NCBI GenBank assembly: GCA_964016885.1
Contig: OZ024747.1
Span: forward strand, 20,336,001 to 20,400,000
Direction of reading: 5' to 3'
Length of the DNA: 64,000 bases
From: Eledone cirrhosa
Lineage: Eukaryota
Shown here: one piece after another, positions 1-12,146 of the stretch
How the letters are laid out: every line of letters begins with the position of its first letter
Numbering within the stretch: the stretch's first letter is position 1
The notes under the pieces: generated by a model
Database searches by the model: none
Seen by the model: only the letters and a program-made list of their open reading frames with translations
Told to the model about the DNA's origin: nothing
Program-made: the position numbers and the translations under genes

Positions 1-287
1 AAATTTATGATACACAAACACATGCATACACTAAAACACACTCACACACACCCATAAACACACGCACAAACACACACATACACACACACACACATATATA
101 TAGATATATGTATATATGTCGAGCCCGTTTGTCTACTAGCATATCATGAAAACATTATGCATCTGCTGGCATGTATTTTGAAGAGGGACATGTTTTGGTA
201 TATGTTATACATAAAACTTTACATCTTCGAAATATATATAATAAAATAAATAGAGGTGATACAAAGTATATATCTATCGTTTATTGC

Positions 288-340
<53 letters not shown>

Positions 341-343
<3 letters not shown>

Positions 344-1090
344 GAATATATGATAGGGATAAACACTGATACAAGTATACATGTGTTTGCATTGCAAATG
401 ACCAAGTTACCTAGATTGAAAAATACTAATTAAAATAATACGGTTTGCCTGTCTCGATTTAAAATAATAAATCAATTAAAACAAACCTATATTGGCAATA
501 GCCGTGATACCTGGACAAATTTTAAATTTTAAATTTTAAATTTGTTTCGCAACAATTAAGTGAACTTTCCTATTCCTGTGCTCTTCTGCAGGTATCCACA
601 AATTGGTAAGTTTCACTTCAAAATACTTAAGAAGACTGAGAGAAATGTGTTGTTGAACGCACATGTGTCCCAGCGTCAAGCACGTCCTATACTCGTGTCA
701 CTAAAAATAGCAGCCGGTTTTATGGGAATAAAAAATGAGCTCAACGCATGGAGCCGAGAATATTATATATAGAGTTATAAACTCAAATAGTCTTTTACAA
801 TTAAATAGCTCAAAGAAAGGAATATTTCTGAGCCGTGTAATACAAATGAATATATGATAGGGATAAACACTGATAGAAGTATACATGTGTTTGCATTGCA
901 AATGACCAAGTTAGCTAGATTGAATTAATTAGTATTTTTCAATCTAGCTAACTTGGTCATTTGCAATGCAAACACATATATACTTGTATCAGTGTTTATC
1001 CCTATCATATATTCATTTGTATTACACGGCTCAGAAATATTCCTTTCTTTGAGCTATTTAACTGTAAAAGACTATTTGAGTTTACAACTC

Positions 1091-1100
<10 letters not shown>
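341..1100 (-). mobile_element. Fold-back HHR retroposon (PLE-related, family A): 504-bp terminally redundant unit plus inverted arm, flanked by (TA)n
   Basis: 341-420 is repeated at 845-924 (period 504). 761-924 is mirrored by ~938-1100. (TA)n on both sides. HHR on minus strand. Confidence 0.75.
506..596 (-). ncRNA. Type I hammerhead ribozyme, CAGAAGA core variant
   Basis: Minus strand reads GATACCTG-CAGAAGA-GCA..TGC-GAAA-CAAATTT..AAATTTG-TC-CAGGTATC: 8-bp stem I, stems II and III, GUC site. Confidence 0.8.
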
Positions 1101-1142
<42 letters not shown>

Positions 1143-1148
<6 letters not shown>

Positions 1149-1680
1149 GACGTAAAATAAGAAAATTTTAAAAACATTAAAAATTAACTTACTTACTAAA
1201 ATTTTCACTCCAACTAATTAGTTTCTGTAATGGTCACGTGATCGATTCTTTAGAATCTGCCATTTGACGTGATTGATTCTTTAGAATCTGCCATTTGACC
1301 AGAGACAGCGAACTTTTTCAGTGCATGGAATTCAGTCCCCGTTAGCTGTTCCATCCACCGAATTTTTATTATTTTTATATGAGTCCCTAGTGTCCGCGCA
1401 TTGCCTAGAGACTTAGCTGAGAATAGACTCCCTGATGACGTAATGAATTCTCGATGGTTACATTATGTAACTATCTTTATCCCATTACAGAAACTAATTA
1501 GTTGGAGTGAAAATTTTAGTAAGTAAGTTAATTTGTAATGTTTTTAAAATGTTCTTATTTTACGTCTTTCATATAATTGTTCTGCATCCTCCTGCATTGA
1601 ACCACCTAGGTACTATGACATAACTTATGTATTTGCTAGCATTAGTGTACATCTGTACGCATATGTTGGTAGATATACTA

Positions 1681-1685
<5 letters not shown>
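1143..1685 (+). mobile_element. Fold-back HHR retroposon (family B)
   Basis: 1143-1233 is the inverted copy of 1482-1572. A unique tail runs to ~1685, then (TA)n. 31-bp tandem duplication at the junction (1237-1298). Confidence 0.75.
1427..1508 (+). ncRNA. Type I hammerhead ribozyme with palindromic stem III
   Basis: ACTCC-CTGATGA(1432-1438)-cGTAATG..CATTACa-GAAA(1490-1493)-CTAATTAG-TT-GGAGT; GUU site after 1503. Confidence 0.85.
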
Positions 1686-1765
<80 letters not shown>

Positions 1766-2100
1766 CCTTTACTTTGCATGGTTTAACTAATAGGTAGTTG
1801 TGTTTGAATTCCAGTCATTCCTAACAGTAATCATGATGCAATGAACTAAAGCACTCAAAATTAGGTGTATATTCCCTCATGTTTGCGGTATGTCTGGTAG
1901 AAGAAATGAGTTGAATACTTCAATGTATACATGAGAAGTCTGGATTCTTTCATTGCTGCCTACTTACAAAATATGTATTTCTGTGGATGATTTACGTCAC
2001 CAAACCATAATGCATAGCAATCGGTGACATCATGAGATGGTATGGACATTAATAGATTTATATAAGTAATACTTACTGGAGCATAGCAAAATATATATTT

Positions 2101-2226
2101 TCCGTAGAAGTACCCGACAACTTCTGCTACCTAGGGAACAAAATTAGCAGTGGAGGTATGTATTATGAAAGTATTGTAGCCACAGTTAAAACTGGATGGA
2201 AAAAGTTCAGAGGGTTACTACCAATG
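2101..2226 (+). pseudogene. RTE-clade LINE reverse transcriptase fragment
   Basis: Translates SVEVPDNFCYLGNKISSGGMYYESIVATVKTGWKKFRGLLPM, matching the RTE FxYLG..IS..G..ES..AR...GW.KF.ELLP region. Confidence 0.7.
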
Positions 2227-2273
2227 ATAGATTCAAATCCTTTCCCCTTAACGTCCGTTTTCCACGCTATACT

Positions 2274-2387
2274 AGCGTGGCTGAGTGGTTAGAGAATTGG
2301 ATTCGCAATCGTGAGGTTGTGAGTTCGATTCCCGGACCAGGCGATGCGTTATGTCCTTGAGCAAGACACTTTATTTCACGTTGCTCC
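2274..2387 (+). mobile_element. tRNA-derived SINE, 5' part (CORE/Meta-like central motif)
   Basis: A-box TGGCTGAGTGG and B-box GAGTTCGATTCC, followed by TGTCCTTGAGCAAGACACTTTATTTCAC. Confidence 0.75.
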
Positions 2388-2525
2388 TTCTACCTGGAGT
2401 TGCGACCGATAGAGAGTATTAGCAATTAGAAAGACCAATGGAAACATGGTTTCCTCGATCCGATTTGACCAAAAAAAGTCGATCGATTGAAAAAAAATAT
2501 ATATATATATATAGAGAGAGAGAGG

Positions 2526-3076
2526 GTGAATTTGGAAATAGCACGGAAAATGTATTTAAGGGTTGTTTTTCTTTTTTTATCCTTTAATTGATTCGTCAAA
2601 TTGACATTATCGAAAAGATGAGAGAGACAATTCTTTAAAAAAAAGTGTTATAATGTATATAAAGTATATAAAGTATTACCGGTTTCGATGTATTATTAAA
2701 ATTCATCTTATCAAATGTGGAGTATTAAAATAAAATATTAAAAACAATTAAAAACTAAAAATTAAAGATTTAAAATTAGAATCAAATGTTGGAGTAAGAT
2801 TTTTTCCCATCTTTCTTGCTCAAAATTTGGCTGGAGAATGAGTTCTCGTTAATAGAGAGGTGGTAGCAGCAGCTATGTTTCTTCACAGAACAAAGTTGTT
2901 TTTGCGAAGCAAAGGAAACATCCGGTAAATATGTCAGTGTATATCTGATTGCGTTAATTAACTGGTCAAGAGTTCAAAAGGATATGGAGATTTGTAAGCT
3001 AGAGTTAAACTCTATAGCAGCAGCAGGAGTGTAAGAAGAGCTCTATCATTGGAATATGGTTTTAGGGTGTGAAGTT
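2526..3076 (-). mobile_element. PLE-like 3' remnant (family C) with U3-A8 HHR-like motif at 2675-2716
   Basis: Minus strand reads TTGATAA-GATG..CATC-GAAA-CCGG-TA. Flanked by microsatellites. Same GAAACCGGTA as 43829-43838. Stem I is weak. Confidence 0.5.
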
Positions 3077-3202
3077 ATATATATATATATAAATAGTGTG
3101 AGGTTGTATATATTGTATATATATAACAATACACACATGTGTGTGTTTTTTTCCCATTGTTTTGTATAGAACCTTACTTCCCTTTATTAATATATATATA
3201 TA

Positions 3203-3300
<98 letters not shown>

Positions 3301-3307
3301 TATATAC

Positions 3308-3368
<61 letters not shown>

Positions 3369-3372
<4 letters not shown>

Positions 3373-3914
3373 GTGTCTGCCAACTCGTTTTCGAGTACGG
3401 CCACTACTTTATATCCGTGTAGGAGAACCCCTACTGATGCGCTGAACGAGTGTGAATTTTTAGTCCAGCCAGCGACTTGAAAACTCTGGTACAAACACTA
3501 CACTTGCGACAATTACTGACACATAGTGTTGGGCCCATGGTACCATGTGATGACAAGTGCAGAGAGGTCTCCAGATATAAAGCAATGTCTGTGCCGTGAA
3601 GCTTTCATGGTGAGCAAAGGCACTGCACAAAGCCAGTCCCACGCTCTTAACCAAGATGATATTTACCAAAAAGAAGAACAAGTCAACATCATTGGATACC
3701 ATCAGAGTTGCAGGTGTTATATCAGAGTTTTCCTTCTCCTAGAATTCTACCTTGACAAAGGCTAAGGGGTCATCTCTCCCGGTGATTTTGGATGGCCATT
3801 GACTCTTAAGAGCTCCTTTGCCCTTTGTTTTTAGTCCTGCAGGATGTCCAAAGTCACCCTCCTCACCAAGAAACCTTGGTGGGGTTGGCAGTTTAGTCGC
3901 CAACGACCCGACCA
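3369..3914 (-). mobile_element. Short non-autonomous RTE-derived retroposon
   Basis: Minus strand encodes the terminal zinc finger [22 protein letters not shown] then a stop, followed by an ACTCG-AAAA-CGAGT 3' stem-loop. Near-identical to 7137-7560 with the same two ends. Confidence 0.65.
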
Positions 3915-3954
3915 TGATATTTATATATATATAAAGAGAGAGAGAGAGATAAAC

Positions 3955-4038
<84 letters not shown>

Positions 4039-4045
<7 letters not shown>

Positions 4046-4256
4046 TAACAGATTAAAGTTTAAGCAAAGAATCGCTGCTTTCACCCTTTGTTAGTTCAGA
4101 AGATCCCGTTAAGGGTGAAAGCAGCGATTCTTTGCTTAAACTTTAATCTTATTTAATGTTATTTTAATAAATATTTGCTCTACGGTTCTTATATATTTGA
4201 TATATATTTTCCTTATCGAGCCCTCTTTGGATTTTAGTCTTCAATTTTATTATTAT

Positions 4257-4260
<4 letters not shown>
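4039..4260 (+). mobile_element. Fold-back HHR retroposon (family D); HHR at 4093-4142
   Basis: Inverted arm 4039-4088, then the direct part with CAGAAGA-tCCC-GTTAA-GGGt-GAAA-GCA..TGC-TT-AAACT. (TA)n flanks. Several more copies in the window. Confidence 0.8.
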
Positions 4261-4335
<75 letters not shown>

Positions 4336-5549
4336 CTGAGAGAGAGGTGGAGTGTGAGACAGAGTGATTGACAGGAAGATCGACAAACACACGTACACGC
4401 ACACATGCATTAATCTTTACGTTGACAAATATAAGTAAAATAGAAGAGTTTGTTACATGTTTCCAATACCTCGCTGCATTACTGATGGAATAAAATAGAT
4501 ATATGTGTCTCATCAAACAACCTATCTTTTGGGTACTTTCTTGTTCTTTAGAAAAGATCAGCCTTCATTAAGCAAACAATTGATTACTGCCGTGACTACA
4601 CTTGTATTTTGGGTTAAAGAGATCTGTACCATGTAAAAGCTAGAATGTAATTTGAGGTATATTTAGCTACCGTTTCTAATACGTCGATTGTCACCTTGGT
4701 AGTTCCGTCACAAAAGATAGATAAACCGTCCTTCATTATTAGTTTAATATACTGGGTAATTGCTGGCCTTGTGCCATAATAGAAACAATTATTAGTTATG
4801 TTCGTTTATGTTTTGATATGAAACAAAGTAGATGAAGATTTTACATTTAATTCTATCTAGTTCGATATACTACGTATCTGCTACTTGTGGTGTAGTTTGG
4901 CATTCGCGACTAAAATGACCGAGTGTATTCCGCAAATTATTACTCTGAGAGAAGAAAATTGTCTTTCTAGGTGCATTTCGAAATATATTAACTGCTGTGT
5001 CATCGCTATTTCGAAAATACTAGAGTCTGTAATTTTAGCAGGTCAAGCGATTTAGTATAGTTTCCACATTGATTCCAAAGCATAGCAGTCATTTACTTTG
5101 GTGTGAGTGTAATATACTGTTCCATTATGATATAAACCATTACCATCACCACAACAAAAATATGATATTATAAAAACAATAGTCTTCATCGTATAATATT
5201 CTTTTAAGTGCCATAACGTTTCATTAAACAGCAAAAAATAGCAGTTGTCATCACAGCGTCTCATTCAGCAGATATTCACGTGAAAATGACTGATTATGAA
5301 TAGTCAAAGAATCCTTAGTTATTACTACAAAGTGAATATCCATTGTGGCATGCAAACAGCTCTTCAATTCATTTGCTTCAAACGTTTCTACAGAGAAGTG
5401 TCGAGAGACATAGCGTACTTTTGGTAATGCTAAAACAACTCAAGATAATTGAAGAAGCGAAAGAAGTTACTGAGATTGGACATTACACAAGCGCTCATAC
5501 ACAGACACGCGCACATACACACCGATACACACATTCATATATACATGTG

Positions 5550-5642
<93 letters not shown>

Positions 5643-5659
5643 ATATATATATATGTATA

Positions 5660-5940
<281 letters not shown>

Positions 5941-6175
5941 TGGCGGGTAGATTTCAACCTAAAACAGGAAATGTTCTCTACCTTCCTTTCTCTTACTGCA
6001 GGTTCGAGTATCAAGAAATAGCGTTGACCATTTCACTAATTTAAAACGATAATCTCATCAGATGTTTTCTTTGAAAGTGCAAAATAGCATTCACCTGTTA
6101 CTAAACTGAATAAATCATTATTGATCCAGCATGGTGTAGAAAGTTACACGCATGAGTAGATTATATATACTAGCA

Positions 6176-6735
6176 AATAATAATAATAATGAAATTATTG
6201 TGTACAGTGCTCAGGTGCACTACAACTCCTCAAAGGTGCATGTATAGTACATAGAACAATGTAAAAATGTCAGGAAAATGAACAGTGAACAAGTCATGAA
6301 ATACATGTGTGCGTGTGTATGGAGGGGGGATATCAGGTATAGTGTTGGTGAATCTCAGGAAGCATGGATGTTTTAAAGGATGCAGTGTCTCGACAGCTAA
6401 CAACTGATGCAGGTAGTTTGTCCCATATTTCAGCAACTATGAGCGTGAAAACATGTTTCCGAAAGTCATAGGAACTGTGCTGTTTTCTGACATTGTGGGC
6501 ATGCCCACGTGTATTAGACACATGGAAATCAAAAAGGTACTCAGAGTTGTTGTTGGCAAGATGGTTAATAATTTTGTGGGTGTTTACCAAGTCAGTTGCC
6601 AGACGTCGGAGCTTCAATGTAGCCATGCCCAGAGAAGCAAGGCGTAATAGAGTTAGCAGTTTCAAAGGATGATATAGGGGTGAGTATTTCATCCACATGT
6701 CTACTGACAAAGGCATGTGTTAAGCACCTGGCGTT
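6176..6735 (-). mobile_element. CR1-clade LINE, 5'-truncated 3' end
   Basis: LRRLATDL..TRGH..FRKHVF..WDKLP C-terminal motifs and (ATT)n tail. Same family as 62846-64000. Confidence 0.85.
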
Positions 6736-7136
6736 CTAGTTGGTGCAGAAAGGTAATGGACATCATGATTATAACATTAACCCTCATCCCCACCATGAGC
6801 ATCATCAGCAGCACTGTCATAACGACCACTACCATCATCACAACCACATGTGTCATCATCATCATAATCCCTAACATAGACAAAGACACAGAAGTTCAAT
6901 ATTTTTGACCAGTACTTGTTTTATCAAGCATACATTAACCAAAGTATGTTCATGCCATGGACATGTTAAAATAGCTCCTACATACATGCATGACACATAT
7001 ATACATACATACATAGTACATACATACATTCATTCATACAAATATACATTCATACAAACGTACATACATACAAACATACATGCATACACATATATATATA
7101 TATATACATGCATACATGCGTACATAAATAATTATA

Positions 7137-7560
7137 TGGTGTCTGCCAACTCGTTTTCAAGTACGGCCACTACTTTATATCCATGTAGGAGAACCCCTAC
7201 CGATGCGCTGAATGAGTGTGACTTTTTAGTCCAGCCAACGACTTGAAAACTCTGGTACAAATGCTACACTTGTGACAATTATTGACACATAGTGCTGGGC
7301 CCATGGAACCATGTGACGACAAGTGCAGAGAGATCTCCAGATATAAAGCAATGCCTGTGCCGTGAAGCTTTTATAGTGAGCAAAGGCACTGCACAAAGCC
7401 AGTCCCACTCTCTTAACCAAGATGATATTTACCAAAAAGAAGAACAAGTGAATATCATTGGATACCATCAGGGTTGCAGGTGTTATATCAGAGTTTGTCC
7501 AAAGTCAGGATGTCCAAAGTCACCCTCCTCACCAAGTTTAGTCGCCAACGACCCGACCAT
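7137..7560 (-). mobile_element. Second copy of the short RTE-derived retroposon, with internal deletion
   Basis: High identity to 3369-3914. Lacks ~3730-3840 and has a short TGTCCAAAGTCA duplication at the junction. Confidence 0.65.
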
Positions 7561-7994
7561 GAGACAGGTTGTACTGTGATACATGTTACCAGTAGCACCA
7601 TACATAATTACATACATAGATACATACATACATACATGCGTACAAACATACATAAATACATACATACGTACATATATAATTACATAGATACAAACATACA
7701 TACATACTCACATACGTACATACATATAGAGAGATAGAGAGATAAACATATTATTAATGACCCACAGGATCTGATGTCATCCGATGTTTCCTCAACAAGA
7801 TATCATATACTGTATTTACACTATAGTAGATGATTTAAGGGTTTTCTCTTATTTTCTCGCTCCCTTTGCTAATACCTAATATGTAATGGCCAGATACTCT
7901 ATCTGCATTATAACTATCAAACCATCTGTTTCCACTTTGATGCCTGCTTTAATTAATCACCGAACGGTCTCTTGTATTTATCACTAGTATTGGT

Positions 7995-8221
7995 CTGCAT
8001 TGTTAATGTTATCATCAATATCATTATACTCATTCTCGTTATCTATGCCATTATCACCATGACCATCATCATCATCATCATCATCACCATGACCATCATC
8101 ATCATCATCATCATCATCATCATTTTCATCGTCATCATTATCGTCATCCTCATCATCATCATCATCATCACCACCGTCATCACCACCATCATCATAATCA
8201 TCATTATCGCCATCGTCATCG

Positions 8222-8254
<33 letters not shown>

Positions 8255-8286
8255 CCGCCATCGTCAACATTATCATCGTCATCTTC

Positions 8287-8318
<32 letters not shown>

Positions 8319-8359
8319 CATCATCATTATTATTAATGTTTCTTCTTCTTCTTCTTCTT

Positions 8360-8390
<31 letters not shown>

Positions 8391-8475
8391 TTATTATTAT
8401 TATTATTATTCTTCTTCTCAATGTCATTATTATTATTGTTATTATTATTATTGTTGTTGCTGTTGTTGTTGTTAT
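7995..8475. repeat. Compound trinucleotide repeats (ATC)n/(TTC)n/(TAT)n/(TGT)n
   Basis: Direct inspection; the source of the poly-I/D/M ORFs. Confidence 0.95.
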
Positions 8476-9460
8476 GCCGTTGTTTTACTATCTTTATACA
8501 TATTGTAGATCTTAACTACAGGAAGGAAATTGAATATAAAATGTCTGTCCTTCATCTCTTAAAATATCGATGGAAGCGATCAACAACATTAACATCGTCA
8601 TCATAATCTCAAGTATCTTCATCGTGTTCATGATCATCACCAATACCCCCTACTATCATTATTAACACAACAACCATCACCACCATGATTACCATCATTA
8701 AAATCGTGATCACCTTCTATGGAGTCACATTGGTCTTTGCCGTCATTCTTGTTTTTATAATTGTTGTTTATGTTTGAGCAGCAAACATAAATCACAATCA
8801 ATGTTTGATCATCATCATCGCCGTTATCACCAATATGCACATTATCATCGTTACCATCACAATCACCAACATGACCACTACCAGTTCCATCATCATCAAT
8901 ATGCATATTATCAACGTCACCTTCTCCACCAGCAACGTAACCACTACCGGTACCGTCATGTACTTCATCATCAACTTCATCCTCGTTTTTGCCATCATTG
9001 TCAAAATTGTTTTGTTTATGTTGTTGTTAGCAGGGAAATCTGGGAAGGTTTAAAAAGAGACTGCTGAGTATGATTAACAAAAACCGTGGATACATTTAGC
9101 ATAATATTCTACATTATCTGTACACTGATTAAATAATACCTGGTGTTCAATTAAAGAAGCTTTTGAAGGATATCAACGTAATACAGTGATTTAATTGTGA
9201 ACAGGCTTTGCAGTTTAACTTATATGCAATGAATATTAGAAACACATATACTGTTTAGCAAATATATACCGCTGTTAAATACATTTTGACTGTGTATGTG
9301 CAAAATCAAAATGAGGCGGATTCAGCCGCTTCACACAAAACAAAATTACAAACAATACAATTAAAAATTGTATCATTCAGTTCAAGATTAATAGTGTAAT
9401 GCATGCCAAAAAGTTGATGCTTAAGCAGTAAGCAAAATAGTGCTTTAAAAGCCTACGCAT

Positions 9461-9612
9461 TCGGACGCCATGCTTTCCAGCAAAGTTTCGTACCTTTACG
9501 GTCTGAGTTCAAATCCCGTCGAAGTTAACTTTGCCTTTCATCCTTACGGGATAAAATAAAGTAATGTACTGGGATAATTGCTGGCCTTGTGCCAAAAGTA
9601 GAAACAATTATT
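9461..9612 (+). mobile_element. Nin/Deu-domain tRNA-SINE (5'-eroded)
   Basis: GAGTTCAAATCC B-box, then GCCTTTCATCCTTACGGG..GCTGGCCTTGTGCCAAAAGTAGAAACAATTATT. Confidence 0.8.
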
Positions 9613-9809
9613 ACAATTAGATAAAGCAGTATGAAAAATAATGAACAGAAGACGAGAAGTTACACTGATAAACGAAATAACATGGATGTTGCATTAGCAA
9701 TATTAGTTTGACTCGAATTAATTCGGATGAGATATTTATTTTCAAGGTAGGAAATTACAGTTGAGTTTGAAAACCTGTTGCACAAGAAATAATTCCAATG
9801 TTCCAAAGG

Positions 9810-9968
9810 ATATGAGTCATGATATACACGTGTGCGTGTGTATGGAGGGGGGATATCAGGTGTAGTGTTTGTGAATTTCAGGAAGCATGGATGTTTTAAA
9901 GAATGCAGTGCCTCGGTAACTAACAACTGATGCAGGTCGTTTGTTCCATGCTTCAGCAACTCTGAGCA
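9810..9968 (-). mobile_element. CR1 fragment between ~70-bp direct repeats
   Basis: Matches 6293-6445. 9731-9800 is repeated at 10045-10114. Confidence 0.8.
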
Positions 9969-10625
9969 GGTGTAATGTCTTAATATATTTTGGCTTTCAA
10001 TTCATTTCACTGCATCATTGCAAAAAGAGTATTTCGTTCTTTGGGATATTTATTTTCAAGGTAGGAAATTACAGTTGAGTTTGAAAACCTGTTGCACAAG
10101 ACATAATTCCAATGCACTACCAGACACTTAAATTGCAACATCATTTCTTGAAACAAGAATTTTGAAGAACTTTCGCCACAACAGCTTCACCATGTTATAT
10201 AACTATGTATGATATATAGTAAGGCAAACAGCTATTTCAAAATAAAATTATGATAAATAAATAATACATTTTTAAAATGGTAACTGTATGAATGCATCTT
10301 TTAAACCTAAGGCTTCAAAAAAGTGCACCTGATGCCGTTTCAAGTTATTTAACGTAGTCTGTTTTAATGCACTATGTAAATTAATCTAGTTTCTGAAAGG
10401 TATAAAAAGAAGATAAAAAAGAACATATAAATACAAAATCATATAATTTTAATAATAAGAAAGAATAGAGTTGGAATTTTCAGATTTCATTTTTTGCAAG
10501 ATAAGAAAGAACTATACATTTTTTGTTAAAGTAATATTTTATATTCAACTGCAAATTTTAGTTTTGTTAAAACTTTTTTCCTCATCTATAAAGTTCCAGG
10601 ACATAGAAAAGAGTCTCTAACTTTT

Positions 10626-10714
<89 letters not shown>

Positions 10715-10804
10715 GTATATACAGAAACACACAAAGCATGGAGACACAAACACACGTACGCACAGATATATATATGTATGTATAAGTATATAGGTATATA
10801 TTTG

Positions 10805-10846
<42 letters not shown>

Positions 10847-10874
10847 CATATAAAAAATATATATATATACATAG

Positions 10875-10920
<46 letters not shown>

Positions 10921-11020
10921 CTATGTATATATATATTTTTTTCTATGTATGTATGTATATATATATATATATATATACACATACAAATATATACCTATAT
11001 ACTTATACATACATATATAT

Positions 11021-11085
<65 letters not shown>

Positions 11086-11145
11086 TGTAAACATCCCGAC
11101 CACCGTGCCGAGCGGTTTCGGCTTGTGTGTTCATCAAGTCTTTTT

Positions 11146-11230
<85 letters not shown>

Positions 11231-11231
<1 letters not shown>

Positions 11232-12139
11232 GAGGTGTGTCAGAAAAGTTCCAGGACTGATGTCACAATAGATTTATTTCAATTCCAAACTTCACAATAA
11301 GAGTTTTCTCCTTCAAAGTAATCCCCCTGGAGTATGTAACTGTAATCTTAGCTCTCTGCAGCGACCAAACCTTTTTCTTCATAATTGTATATACATGTCC
11401 TCTGTTTCAGGTCGTCAAGCAATGAGCACAGAGCAACGAACAAACTCGAAGTTTCTGGTACGGTTTGGGAAAACTCCGTCAGAAGCACTGGGATTGCTGC
11501 AGCAAGTGTATGGAGATGAGACGATGTCACGCTCACGTGTTTTTTTAGTGGTGCAAGAGGTTTAAAGAAGGACGCGAGGAAGTGGAAGATGACCCCCCAG
11601 GAGCCGAAGGGCCTCAACAATCAGAACTGATGTCAATGTTGAGCGCGTCAGGCAGATGGTGCGTAGGGATCGTCGGCTGAATGTTCGAATGAGCTGGACA
11701 TGAATCGGGACAGCGTCTGGAAGATTCTCACTGAAGATTTGGACATGCGGAAAGTCTGCGCGAAGATGGTGCCAAAACTGCCGAACGATGACCAGAAGGG
11801 TTGACGCATGCAAGTGTGCCAGGACATCCTCGAGCGTCTTGAAATCGAACCAGACTTGCTAGGGACAGTCATCAACGGTGATGAGTCATGGATCTTCGAG
11901 TAAGACCCGGAGGGAACCCGTTTTGAAGACGTGGACGACATCAAAAAGGCCGTGACGATGGAACTGCGGAGGATCCCGGAATAATCCTTCCAGGAGTGCG
12001 TGCAAGCGTAGCAGAAAAGGATGGAAAAGTGCATTAGACTCCAGGGGATTACTTTGAAAGAGAAAACCCTTAGTGTGAAGTTTGGGTTTGAAATAAATCT
12101 TTTGTGACATCAGTCCTGGAACTTTTCTGACCCACCTCG
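11231..12139 (+). mobile_element. Mariner DNA transposon, internally deleted
   Basis: Inverted ends CGAGGTG(T/G)GTCAGAAAAGTTCCAGGACTG... with TA flanks and a transposase relic inside. Confidence 0.92.
11422..12073 (+). pseudogene. Mariner transposase relic
   Basis: MSTEQRTNSKF..VYGDETMSRSRVF..RFKEGREEVEDDP..RKVCAKMVPK..GDESWIF, then a jump to GTRFEDVDDIK..KCIRLQGDYFE. Contains stops and frameshifts; most of the catalytic domain is missing. Confidence 0.9.
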
Positions 12140-12146
12140 TATATAT

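Noticed and set aside
735-760. ATGA-GCTC..GAGC-CGAGAA as a plus-strand hammerhead
   Set aside because: The core is incomplete on both sides; the convincing ribozyme of this unit is on the minus strand.
2274-2350. tRNA gene
   Set aside because: A/B boxes are present but the acceptor stem does not close, and the sequence continues into a SINE body.
6002-6155. Strong splice acceptor at 6001/6002 as a coding exon
   Set aside because: All three frames stop within ~50 nt; cannot be supported.
7972-8508. Poly-I/poly-D/poly-M ORFs (also 60133-60774)
   Set aside because: (ATC)n/(GAT)n trinucleotide repeats that are open in several frames by construction.
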